Assembly (NCBI GenBank): GCA_013239625.1 | Contig: MU054187.1 | Span: 10,561,231 to 10,625,230 of the forward strand | Length of the DNA: 64,000 nucleotides | Source: Lama guanicoe | Lineage: Eukaryota | Direction: 5' to 3' | Position numbers and translations under genes: made by a program | The notes under the pieces: generated by a model | The model's database searches: none | Told to the model about the DNA's origin: nothing | The model's input: the letters and a program-made list of their open reading frames with translations, nothing else | Shown here: positions 1 to 13,453 of the stretch, in pieces | How positions within the stretch are numbered: position 1 is the stretch's first letter | How the letters are laid out: each line of letters opens with the position of its first letter

Positions 1-2596
1 ATTGTAACAGACACCCAAATATTAATGTATTTCAATGTTTTACCGTACTGGATCAACTAACAAAAAAGTCAAATATTTTCCAAAGATTAAAGAAAAGGCT
101 AAGAAAACTGATATCCACTTTGACAGAACTTACTGTTTTGAGGAAGGGGATACTGGTTAAAATGTCATTCCAAATGGATAATTGAGACAATTCACATTTT
201 TGTTATTGAAGAAAATTGTCTACTTCCTTTGTTACAAGTGGATGATAACATTTGATACTCAGTCATAGAAATGTTTACACTTTTGCTTCAAATATTAATG
301 TTTAATTCACATTGATTCATCTGTGCCCCTCATTTTTGAGATTTTTATTATTTAATATCAACTTCTATCCTAGATCACCTATTTTTGCATTTTATAGCAC
401 TTGAATTTACTTTATTTAGAAATTAAGATCTTAGATTAAACCAAACAGTTCCTTTTAGATAAAATCCGAATTCGTATGTCCCACGGGTTTACTGGTGTCC
501 CAGCCTTTTACAACACTATGGTCTCTGTGTGTCACTGGAATTGGCTCTGTATTTGGTAACACAATTGGAATTTCGCATAGAAATTGTACTGTTACAGAAT
601 TCACACGAACTTGTACTATTGTTGATTATGTGAGAAAACTGAAGAAAGATTTTTTTTAAAGCAAAAGCTCGTACTGAATAAACATTTAAAGTTCTGACTC
701 AGAAAGTCAGTTATTAACTTTTTTGTTTTTTCATTTTGGCACATTTACTTTCCAAGTGTGAACATTAGAAGACTAGAATAAGTTAAGAAAAAGTTGCTCA
801 AAAAACCAGACCAAATTGCAGTTCTTTTTTAATTCAGGCTTTCTTAGTGGTCTGTTGGGAAAATATGTGTAGAAATTGTACGCAGTAGAAATTGAAATGG
901 GCTGGGATTCAGGTAACTTGGTGTCTGATGACAGCTCTGTTGATAATCAGTTATACAAACTTGGATGAATCTATTAATCTCTGTAGGTTTTGTTTTCACA
1001 GCTGTTAACTATTTACTGGAATAGTTGTACTTGTCACCTCTTCTCCATCACTTAAGCTTTATGATTCTGATGGTGTAAGACTTACCCACATGCAGGTCTC
1101 AGACATAATTAACTCTTAGTGCTTGGATTCAGATTAGGACAACATGGGCTGGCTTTAAGGAGGAAGACATGATAATAGAATGATGAGTTCAAGTTCTTCC
1201 TCTAATAGAAATAAGAGATTTTTTTTTAAAAAGTGAGGGTCTCTTTCCACCAAGGCTCTCAAGTGATAATAAACCTTAACCTCTAGTGTTGACCAGGACA
1301 CTGAATTGATCCAGACAGCTTAAGAGGACAAATGAACTGGCTCCAATGTGATAGTCTGTACGTTGTTTGGAGAATAGCCTAGATCTGACAGGTTTTCCCT
1401 TGTTCTATCGTCATGTTGTGTAATACCGTTGTTTCTGCTGAATTTCTCACCTGCTGTCATGCTGCTTCTCATTTAATGGTTTATAAAGAAATAACTTCCT
1501 CCATAAAGTTGGCTCCTAGTGTGACAAGTGCATTCGTGTGCTTCTAAAACATCATTTGATTCACAGAAGTTGTAATTTGTTTATGGATCAATCATATTTT
1601 GAAATTAAATAATGCTTTTCTTGTTCACATTCAGAGCAGTTTTTGTTATGTCTTTTTTTTTTTTAATTCTCAGCAGTTCTATAGGGCACAAGGAGAGATT
1701 TTAAAGGGCACACGGATACCAAAACATTTTAGTTGTACTTTTTACACCATTATGTTCAATAAAATATTAGCCTGGCCAATATATCAATTGAATCATTAAC
1801 CTAATGTCAGCGATTATTAAACAAGCTCTTATTGTAAATATAACATTTAAGCAAGTGCTTTGATGATTAAAATAAAACAAACCAACAAAACAGAAAGGAG
1901 ACACGGTTCCTGCCTTCAAAGGACTGTTAGTCAATTGGGCTAATTTTCGTGTATCCTCTAAGATTCTGCTCCAGCATCATCTCCGCCAGTAAACTTTGCT
2001 GCGTCCTCCAGACTGGGCTCAGCGTCGTCTTCTGTGGTCCCAGTTCCCTGGGTGTATCTGTCTTAGCCAACACCCCGTTATAGTGAAACTGTCCACATGT
2101 TTCTTAGGGAAGGGACCTCTTTAACCTCTTTGTACCAGCACCTAGTATAATGCTGGTACCCTCTTGGGTAACATGACTAAATTGGACAATGGTGCTTATT
2201 ATATACCATGTGGTAAGTTACTAAATTCTTGACCAAATTTGAATTACTTGAGGGCAGGCAAGTGTTTTGTGTTTGAGTATTTTACATATATTATTTCTAG
2301 CATTTGGCCCATTACGTGGCAAAAAAAAATCTTTTGAAGGAGTGCATAAAAATTACTTAACAGCTAGATTTTGAAAAGGGCACGGACGCATTGTCTGAAG
2401 ATACAGATTACCAATGCCTTGTTAGTTTACAGGAGGATTAGTGAGGGTTGGAGTTGTCACAGCACGAGGTGGCACTTGTCTTGGTCCTTGATAGATAAAC
2501 AGGTAGAATTTAAATGTGTAGAGGGCAAAGAGAGGGAGCTGTAGGAATGGATGAATTCATGAGTGAAAGCAAGGATGGAAGTAAGCACAGAGAACT

Positions 2597-3093
2597 TGTC
2601 ACCGAGTCCACGCTTGCACTGCTCACCGCGAGACAGGCCAATAAATCAAGAGACGAGTTGTCGGGGCGAGGAATATCAGCTTTTTTTGGATAGCCAGCAG
2701 ACCAAGAAGACGGTGGACTAGTGTTCCAGAAAACCATCTTACCCAAGTCAGAATTCAGGCTTCTTTTATACTAAGGGGGAGGAGGTGTTTTGGTTGTTGC
2801 AAACTTCTTGGTGTTGGAATCCTTCATTCTTGCATCTCTCCACATAGGTCAGGTCATGATGTTCCTGTAAACCTCCAGTAAAACAAATGTTATTCTCTGT
2901 TCTGCAGTTTTTTAAATCTCTATATGAATGGAAAAGTGTTACACCTTTAAAGGTCAGAGCCTTGAGAATGGGCTCTCCTATACATTTCAGGCTTTAGGCA
3001 ACATTCTTAACTTGTAGCCAAAGCAGTAGAACACAAAGGTTGAAGTGAAAGAAACAGATGCATATGGAGTCAGATTTGTTCTTCCCTATTATA
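2597..3093 (-). mobile_element. Solo ERV1-class LTR, MER41-like artiodactyl family
   Basis: Block of about 500 bp that starts TGTCACCGAGTCC and ends ...CCCTATTATA (degenerate TG...CA) and is locally CpG-richer; resembles recalled artiodactyl MER41-like LTR sequence; subfamily not verified. Confidence 0.65.
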
Positions 3094-4187
3094 AGTTCAG
3101 GCAACACTAGGGGGCCAACTTGACTGGAGCGATGGTGAGGGTGTTTGGAAAATGGAGCTGGAAAGGTAGAATGAAGCCAGGGTACCAGAGGCCTGCAAAG
3201 CCCAACCAAAATCTGTGGTCTTTTATGATTATGAAAGAAAGAGAGTCAGTTTAAAGTTTTGGAACATGAAATTCCTGTGTAAGAAAGTTAAATTCTGTAA
3301 CAGCATATGTTGAAGAAAGAACAGGAACTAAATTATGGCAATTTAGAAGTGAGATGAAGAAACGCGAGATTAGGGTGCTAACACAGACATGAAGGAGAAG
3401 CCAGAGCGAAGAGAGGATGGATTTGGCAGAGAGCTGCACCTAAGAGCTAAAAGACAGGACTAGGAAAAATGAGCTAATATGTGAGAAAGCGCTTCTTAAA
3501 CTGCCAAACGTACAACTGTAAGGTGATGTAGACACATACACACAAATGCACACATACACACATACAGTCGGAGGGCAGACTGTATATGAAGCCATACTTA
3601 AATAAATAAAATAGGTGTTTTCTAAATAAAAATCATAAGGTTGCATCAGGCCTTCTGGTCAGCATATGAGCTGATTATTATGTTTTTTTTGGCAAGGTAG
3701 TGAAAGAGAAGCTTGCATTTGCTGGCTCAGGCTAACAGCATGCTCTTAGGGTCTCAGGAGTCACCCTAGATTAGTAGGTTTCTTTGGGGGTAACAGAGCA
3801 AGGCCTTTTGGTGGGAGGGAAGGGATAACAGAGACTGTGCAGAATGACTTTTGCTTAGCAATCTTCCATTGGCAAGTTTTCATATATCGGGTATTTTCTT
3901 TCATAATTGGGATATAAGATGGAAATAAGAGAAAAGGATCACTTGCGGCAGTGATAAACTTCAGTTACTTATATATTTTCATGTTTAATAAAGCCTGGTT
4001 TTTCCACAAGTATTAAATCTTTTTTTAAATTTAATGTCAAAAGAAGATATTTTCAAAATCAAGTTAATGTTTTATAAAAATGAGATGCATCGTGGGCTTA
4101 TGAGAGCAGCGTACACCCTGACAGATGCACGGCCGTGTCGGCACAGGGCTGGGAACGTCACAGGTAGAACCTCTGGTTGCCTGTTAA

Positions 4188-4475
<288 letters not shown>

Positions 4476-5624
4476 TAGGTGTTATCTACCAGCTGCCATG
4501 ACTTCTCTTCCATTTTTTCCAGATTGATTCCAGAACAGTGAGGGCTTGAACTAGAAGTTTTTTTTTTTTTAAAAAATAACTCATATGTCCCTTTGAAACT
4601 ATTTCAGATCAGACTCATGGTTTTTTGGAATGCCAGTATATATTAAAATGATTCAATGAGAGCATAAATGATTTAATATTTATTGTTATTTGTAGAAAAA
4701 TGCTTTAAAATTATCTCAGAGAATAAAATTATAAATTTGTGGGGAAAAAAAATCTGTTCCTTTTTGGCTACTAATTTAAGATTGATGTTCTTTCTTGTTT
4801 GTTGACTTCATTTCCCTTAAATTTATAAAGTAATGAGATTTAGTTTTCCCTCTCTATTTATATATACCATCTTATAGAGTCCATAAACCCAAACAATCCC
4901 TTTTCATTCTCAATATATATTAGCTTATGCATATATTTGATAGCTCATACACCTATTTGTCAGTTACATTCAGAAAGTTACCTTTTTTCGCGGGAAAGAA
5001 ATACAGCAAAAAGCACGATTTTGAGAGCATCTTTGGTTATCATATATTCCTTTGGGAAATCCATTGCGTTCCAGTATCTCTGGAGGACTGTATGAGCTGT
5101 GATTCAGAAATGTCAGTCTTTGAAGAGCCAATAATGGAATGGAAGAAATTGCATCATTATACGGAATTAACACTGTAATACCAAGCTGAAAATCTTCAAT
5201 GGTTTTGATTATTTTTCTCTTTACATTAAAGCACCAACAAGTGGTAGTTTTATCCAAATATTATTTGAAAAGATTGAGTCACAATAAAGATTTTCCCTAT
5301 GAAAGCCTCCACGAATAAAGCACAGCCAGTTTAGCTCATGTCCTCTCTGTCTGGTTTTAGACATACTGTTCGGTGGGGAAAACAGCAGTAGCAGAAACAC
5401 CATGTGGGTTTTGGGAAACTGCTTGGGTCATATAGGCAAGACCTAACTCGGCCTCGGTTATATTCTCATTTCTATGGTCAGCTACAACTTGTGTTACTGT
5501 TTCACTTGTGGTTGGTACTTTCATTTGTTCACTCACGTTGCCAGCCAATCTTTTGTTCAAAGATCAATCCACACATACATCTGGTCAACAACGATTATTT
5601 GGAACTCTATGAAAATAATGAAAC

Positions 5625-5840
5625 AAAGAGCTGTCATTTTTGGTTGCCTACTATATGCCAGGTTATTTACATTTATTGCTTCATTTTAGTTTTGTGCAAC
5701 ATTATCAAGGTTTTATTGCCCCGTTTTATAGGTAAGGAAACTGAAGTTCAGTGCTTCCCAGTGTTACCTCCAGAATCAGTCCCAGACCTGGAATTTAGAC
5801 TCAGGTCTGTCTCATGATAACGCCTAGTGTTCTACTGTGC
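5625..5840 (-). mobile_element. MIR SINE
   Basis: Core motif cccgttttataggtaaggaaactgaagttcag...gacctggaatttagactcaggtctgtct. Confidence 0.75.
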
Positions 5841-6698
5841 CATGGGACCACTTAGATCCCTGATTCGGTGAATCAACCTGTGCCAACAAGTATGCTTCAA
5901 GGTGTAAGGTCAGATAAATAGAAATAGAGAAAATTTTCTCTTAAAATATTTTAACAGCTGTCAGGATCTCACTGAATACAGATTCTATCAGTATTTAGCC
6001 TTATTTTTTAAAAGGCTAATGATGAAACGTACACCTTATCTCGTTAGAGCGTGCCAGGGATCTTAGGGACTTCGAGGGAAAATATTAATGCTCAGATAAA
6101 AGGGAAAAACTGATCTTTGCAGAAATAAGGTAATTTGAGGATACTGTTCTTAAACAGAGAAGAACTAGGAATTAGTGGAAACTAAAGTCACATTTCATTC
6201 AGAAGACATATTTTTGTTTTGAAGTGTTAGAACAAAATTGACCACAGTGGAAATTGCTCACACACATAAGGGCAGCTCTTAACCCATTTGAATTTTCCCA
6301 TAATTGTGCAGGATATTAAAAACATAAATGTTTGTGTGTTTTTGCTTAAAATGTTTACTCTAAATTCAAAACACTGTAGGTTTCTGTGTTTTGAACTGCA
6401 TACATTTTTTGATTCAGTATAATTTTTTACTTAAAGTTGAATTTTAATCTGGAAAGTGACAGACTTGGTTAAGTAGAAAGAAGTTAACAATGACAAAAAA
6501 AAACTGCTTATCTTAAAAATTTGAAATCCTTTATGTAACAGTAATTTAAAGGAAACATTGGCTTGAAAGAAATAGAAAAATACCTTTGGGATGTTTGTGA
6601 ATGTAACTTGTTCAAGGAGCATAAATTTGAGGAATAGGAGAGGTATTACTTTACTGAAGGTCTGTCAGTTTGGAAAATGAGTTTGATTTTTGGATTAA

Positions 6699-6914
<216 letters not shown>

Positions 6915-7022
6915 TAGACATAATCGGGAGATCACATAAACATGTTCGATGGTGATGCAATGTGTCATTTCATTCTGTTAGATTTGTAACTTTTTTCATA
7001 GTTGCTTTATTACTAATTTTAA

Positions 7023-7136
<114 letters not shown>

Positions 7137-7516
7137 TAAACTAGCATCTTTATTTAAGTATGTTGTCCATGAGATACAAGTATAAATGTTTTAAACAAAT
7201 TGAAATCAGCCTTTAAATATCTTTATTGAAAATAATGTTTGAATAGTCTTATTCTGGGATTCTTTTAAATGCTACTGAGATTTGTGACAGAGGGTGTCTG
7301 CGTCTGTAGTGATCGTTGCAGGGACACGTTGTAGAGACTAAGCTCTGGACTTGTTGACCTCCTAGGAGTCCACGTGGCTTATTCCACGTTCCTGGGACTT
7401 CCCTGTTCACACATTCTAGCCTGCAGCCCTGTGGAGACCACATCAAGTGGGGCTGTGTTATGTGTGTCAGATGGTTCTTCCATCACATCCAGAGCTGTGT
7501 CTCCTGTTTTCCTATC

Positions 7517-7649
7517 AATTTTGGGGGGAGGGGGAGAAGAGAGATAATTAGGTTTATTTATTGATTTATTTTTTGATAGAGGTACTGGGGATTGAACCCA
7601 GGACCTTGTGCATACTAAGTGTGTGCTCTGCCGCTGAACCCTACCCCTC
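7517..7649 (-). mobile_element. Camelid tRNA-derived SINE (Vic-1 type), copy 1
   Basis: Reverse complement has a tRNA-like head with B box GGTTCAATCCC and an A-rich tail; target-site duplication gttttcct(a/g)tc at 7506-7516 and 7650-7660. Confidence 0.85.
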
Positions 7650-7789
7650 GTTTTCCTGTCTCTTTTGATTGTCTTATGTAAGTACAGTTTCCATCGGTAA
7701 AGCACATGCTTTGATTTATTTTCTCATTGGGTTAATGCTGATTGGTGTTCTCTTACCTCCCTAGCCTTTTAAATGGAGGAATCTCCTGA

Positions 7790-7930
7790 TCATGCATTCA
7801 TTCATTCAAATGAATGCAAATATTTATTTAGTATCTGTTATGTGATTGGCAGTGTTCCAAGCTGTGGGAATACGGCAGTAAACAAACTAGGCAAGATTCC
7901 CTGCCCTCATGGGACCTACCTTCCAATGTC
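7790..7930 (-). mobile_element. L2 LINE 3' fragment
   Basis: (CATT)n tail followed by aatatttatttagtatctgttatgtg...ccctgccctcatgg, typical of an L2 3' end. Confidence 0.65.
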
Positions 7931-8892
7931 AGTGTATCAGATTTATCTCTCTGCCATGCATCCCTGTCAGATGCTTAATCCTTAATAAGGAACATGAGAT
8001 TGAATGAAGCATGGCTTTTAACTTTGAATCTTTTTAAAGTTAGTAGCAAACTGTCACTCATCCTATCTGCTAATGCCCAGGGTCTCTGTCTTTTACCAAA
8101 AACACAGTCTCGTGCAAGACAATGATTTATGTCCAGCACATTGATTTCAAACAAAATAAATGGTCAGCTCATACTCTGTTTGTGGAAATTTTTAGTAATT
8201 TTCTATGTTGAGGAAATGTTTTCCCCAGCCATTTTTCAGAGGATGTTCCTAGAACCCAGCTTCATCTGACTCTGCCACCAATAAAATACCCTCTCCCAGG
8301 TTTTTATATTTAGCTGGTAACCAAAGCAGCATATTGTTTATAGGCAGCAGGGTTGGTTAAGAAGACTGGCCTGGTTGACATGGAGAGATAATGTCTTCCT
8401 TAGCATCTTGTGGTCTGCCTGTTAGGGCTCTCGTCCTTGCATTCCCGGCCATACTCTCTTCTGCCCTGTAGACATCTATGCTGTGTGAGGCTAGTTAGCG
8501 ATGCATATTTGGTTGTCATCAGTGGCTATGTAGAGGTTGAAACTCTCTGAGTTAATTGGATATAAATGGAAAACAGAGTAAAAAAAATTAACCCTGGATT
8601 TGACTGTAGTTAAAAGGGTGAAATAAGAAGAACTACAAAATACAACAGGAAAAGGGGTCACAGGAGGAGACAGTGTTAAGTCATGGAGAGAGGGAGGGCA
8701 GAGACTTTCAGTCTAGATGGGTGATCAAATGCAAAACTAGGTCAAAGAGAATCGCTGAATTCTCTCTTCCACAGTTCTGTATTGTGACGTTGTGTAAGAA
8801 CACTGCAGATGTGTTAAAATGTCAAAATCTATAAGTTCTAGACCTTTTCATATTTTGATTCTGTAAAAAAATAGATTTCTTATTAAAATATA

Positions 8893-8920
8893 GTTTTGTT
8901 TTGTTTTGTTTTGTTTTGTT
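8893..8920. repeat. (GTTTT)n microsatellite next to the acceptor of exon 8937
   Basis: gttttgttttgttttgttttgttttgtt read directly. Confidence 0.9.
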
Positions 8921-8936
8921 GCTGTTTCCCTCTTAG

Positions 8937-9086
<150 letters not shown>

Positions 9087-10739
9087 TAAGTTGTATGATT
9101 TATGTGGGGTTTAAAAAAAATTATACAGATGTGAATAAAATAGAACAGTTGACAAAGTAAATGTCTGGAATTAAGCATCCCGTTGCTTGGCACAGTTAAA
9201 CCCCAACAGTGTCACTGGGACTGGCTTTAGATGACGGGGAAAAAACTACACTGCTTATGATGGGAACGTGCTGGCTACGTCAATCAGGTAGTTCCAGCAG
9301 AAATCATCTTTTCCTTTTGCTGCTCAAATTTTTCTGGTCTGGATTGGGTTGAATCTGATTCTGAGTGAAGAAAACTAGTAGAACACTTGGTAATAAAAAC
9401 TGATTCTTCCACGTCCAGCTCTAAGAATTTCAGGGGCGATGAGTTGATCAGATACCATTTATAATGAAATACTCATGGGAGATGGGGTCAGGAGTGGGTG
9501 AAAGACACTTCCGTCCCTTTGTGGACTGTGTAATGTGTCCACTCTTTAAAAAAAAAAATCTGTCTATCTATTTACCTATGATGAGAAAAAAGTGAACTTG
9601 TGTTTATTACAGGAAATTTATTAGACAGTGCAGATTTTTCTAAAGGAAGACATCTTTTCATATAATCCTATTATCCATAAATAACCCTTGTTATTTTTTT
9701 TTTTTGAAATTCAATGTTAATTGGTCTTCCTAAGTACTGAAACACATACACACAGTCACATATTTATAAAGTGGGAACATGATTAATGATCTGGGTGTTT
9801 TTGTTTTTTGAATATGGATATACTTGGAAAACATTGGTTTTTCCTCTGAAAATCATTGATAGTCTAGTGTTCCCTTATCAGATTTCCATGGTTTGTTGAG
9901 CCAATTAATTAGTCGAGAGAATGCATAGAAAGTGCTTAGCATAATGTCTTAATGTATAGTGATTGTATTGATATTGCTATTTAAAGTTTCATTATATGAT
10001 TTATCCATAAGTAATAAGCAATTTCATTAATTTTAAGGTAAATGAAGGCTCCCACTTCAAAACCAAAAAGGTTTATTTTAATTACATATGAAAATATTCT
10101 AAGTATATATAGTATAGTATTCTTCCCCGACTTAATATATATTTTCAGCAGCAGCTGGGCCCGCCGTTTATCGTAAAGAGCTGAAGTGCAGTGTAGCGGG
10201 CTGGAATCTGCGGCTCCCACCAGCGGCTTACCAAGGCGTCTGAAGGAGTGAGTGCGACTCACTGAAGTTACTGATTTAGGAAGACTCAGAGATACAGGGC
10301 AGCGAATGACCATAATGATGTCTTCTCTCTAGCCCTGATTGTGGTCTGTTGCTCCCCCTTCACCCAGCCCTGTCTAGGATGAGGCTAACCTCGTCGCCTA
10401 CCTCTAGACTAATCTGAGGGCGTTAAAAAGGGGAAGGACAGACTGGAAAGGAAGCAGGCGGCAGTATTCATCAGCAGTCAGTTCAGAGTGATCACTAGCA
10501 AACATCAGGGCCTTCCTCGTGGCCCCCTGCCCCCTGCCCCCTGATGTAACCCTGCAAATCCTGGTTCACTGCTCGTAGACATTTCAACAGTTACAGGACT
10601 CTGAAGTCATTAACTCGAAAACTGAATAGAAAGGGGCAGATCCTTAGTCCTAGAATTAGTCACTAGGTGAGCCGGGTTGGAACCTGGGTCTCCCGACTCT
10701 TCCCTCAGTTTGCTGCACAGTGTCTGGAACCTGCTATTT

Positions 10740-10930
10740 CTGGGCCAGGCTCAAGCCTGTCTTCTGCCACTTGCTTGTTCATTGTGTTGCTTTAACATCC
10801 TCATCCATGAAAAAAAAAACAATGGGAATGATACGAGTTCTTACGTCACGGAGGTGCTAAGAACGTTGAATAAATTTAGGTTTGTAGAGAACCTCGTCAC
10901 GTGCTCAGCCTGTAGCGTGCGCTCCAGTGA
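10740..10930 (+). mobile_element. MIR SINE (diverged)
   Basis: cctcatccatgaaaa...aatgggaatgata...ttcttacgtcacggaggtgctaagaacgttgaataa resembles the MIR core and 3' part. Confidence 0.55.
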
Positions 10931-12443
10931 TGGTGTCTGTGACGCTTCTTGCCTCTCTCATTGCATGGTTTTCACTGTTTCTTTATAACATCAAGAACAT
11001 ATTTTACATTGTATTTTAAAACTGCTTTGAGGATGGAGCGCTCAGTTTTTTCCTTTTTATTTTCAGAATTTTTCTTTTGAACCTAGCTGTATTTTATGCT
11101 TGGTAACATCAAGGAACTTTTCAAAAGGCTCTGCGGCAGATAATTTAATACACTTATTTTCTACAGGAAATGAGCGTTCCTCTTGTACAAACTGAATTCT
11201 TCTTTTAACAGACCATATAGTGGTCCCAGCAGGAAAACATGTTTTCCAGAGGTTGTTTTCTGAAGAAAATGCATCTGTACGCATTTTGTTAAGAAAAAAA
11301 TATAAGAATCTTCTTGAAGATTAGAGTAAGGTCAATCTTGCATTGCAATATAAGGATATGACCTTGCTCAGAAAGAGAGACCACTGTGAATTCCTCACAG
11401 TCCGAAAGCAGCAGTAATTCACCGTGGCCTGAAAGCTCCAAGTTATTTCAGCAAAACTGAACTGTCATTCCTAACCTAGAGAAGCAGGAGCTCCCTCTGT
11501 TTTTTTGTTTCGTGATCAGAAGACGTATTTATTCCCTTCTCTTTTCCTTAGTCAGTTGTCCGTTTTCCAGTGTCCCTTTGACAGACGCTGGTAACAAGGT
11601 GCTGTTCAAAGGAAGTGGATACAACCTTATACCCCAGTGTATTTAATTAAGAATAAAGGATAGTCCCGTTCTGTGACCTCTGTCCCACCGACACGCAGAT
11701 CACTTCACAGTGCATAACCTAACTTATAAAAACATTTTCAGGGTTCCCTGGGACAGCCTGCATTTCTATCACGGAACGCTGTAATACCTGCCTGGGTTAT
11801 ATGTTAAATTGCAGGGCCAGCCTGTGCCTTCAGGCCTAAATGTATGGCTTTCTCAAATTTTCTAGGCTCAGTGTTGCTCAAACCGACCCCACAGCTCTTT
11901 CAGAAACTGCAAATCAGTGCTACTGTGCCTAACTCCGGGCTCCGTCTAATGTGCCCTTGAAGTGCTGCCAACTTTTATTTCATGATTAATTCATCGTCTT
12001 TCAGAAAACACTTTTGTTTCTTGGGCACTGAGGGCTAGCCATCAACATTTATTGCGTTGTGTTCATTTGTCTTTACTCTCTACGGCCATTTATTAAACCC
12101 ACTTTTACTGTTGTGTTCCGTCTTATCTCACGTTCTCTGCTTTTCATGGCTGCTATCTGATTTCCGCCTTCCTTCCACGGAGTAGCTCGTTTGTCACCGC
12201 CAGTGGGACATCCCTCCCTGGTTTGCCGTGACACCTAAACTCAATGTCTCCAGGCCTTCATCTTCTTTTCCATGTGAATCCATTAAAAATATTGCTTTCC
12301 TTATTCAGGTTTAGCTTTTGATGTGCTATTCTTTTAAAAGTCCACTGAATAAACACTGAAGTGAATCATATTCTTAAACTGTGTTGATGTCGAGCTGTTG
12401 TTTATGACAAAAAATATTGTTTTGACCAGGTGTGGCATTTTAA

Positions 12444-12608
<165 letters not shown>

Positions 12609-13331
12609 TAGTCCTTGCTGAACAAGAGTGTGTTTAAACTGTGCACAGTCATGTTGCTCTGAATTTTCTCCCTCATGTTTTTACCATGTTAGCTCAATGG
12701 TAGTACATTCCTAAAACAATATTTTTTCAAAAATTCTTCAAAATTGTAAGACATATTTATCATTGTTAAAAATTCATAAGAGAATAGCGTTTCCCAGTCT
12801 CACTTTTCTGCATGCTTCAGTTTAGTCCAAAGGTATAATGATTTTAAGGTTGTCTCTTCTTCTCTGATGGCAAGTTACTATATTTTTGTCAGTAATTCAA
12901 AGATGTGAGTTTTCGCGTTTAGGAATAATCTGTGTGCTTTATATAAAGCCTGTTGCTATGTGATTACTTCAAGGATTCTCATAAACCATGCACTTTATAA
13001 ACCATCAAATGCATTTTAAATCAAGTAATTTAGGTGACTAAAAATGTATGTTTGTATTTTATTCTCTTTTTGTTTGAGAGGCAAATCAGCTATTGACATC
13101 TCTTGCTAACGTATGTATTTTTAAATTTTATGCTAACACTAGGATGATTTAAGGGAGTAACTGCTCGTTCCGCACTGCTAACCATAGTAAATAAATTGCT
13201 GCTGTAGCAAGAAGTATCACTGTGAGCAAAAGAGGCCGTGCATTTATCTTAACAAGAGACGTACATGCTTTTCATTACTAAGATTTGTGAAATATAAAGC
13301 ATCATAATATGATCACCCCAACATTAGACTG

Positions 13332-13453
13332 GAAAATTTTGAGAGGGCATTGCTGTCAGAATCAAATTGAGAACATACTAGCTAGGTTGTAAAATTGCGT
13401 TCATTAAGTGGATATATGATAAAAATGAATCTTATTTCAAAAACTTGTCTTTT
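13332..13453 (+). repeat. Diverged direct repeat, copy A (partner at 16983-17116)
   Basis: gagggcattgctgtcagaatcaaatt...gaatcttatttcaaaaactt aligns by eye with gagggcattgctatcagaaccaaatt...gaaccttattcctaaaactg. Confidence 0.85.

Noticed and set aside
3205..3225. aaatctgtggtc, resembling the preceding PREX2 exon (K-S-V-V)
   Set aside because: There is no surrounding coding match or splice sites. The preceding exon appears to lie upstream of the window.
5404..5817. 137-aa ORF
   Set aside because: It runs into a MIR element and shows no protein family signal or splice support.
10247..10263. Palindrome agtgagt-gcg-actcact
   Set aside because: 7-bp arms are within chance expectation and are not evidence alone.
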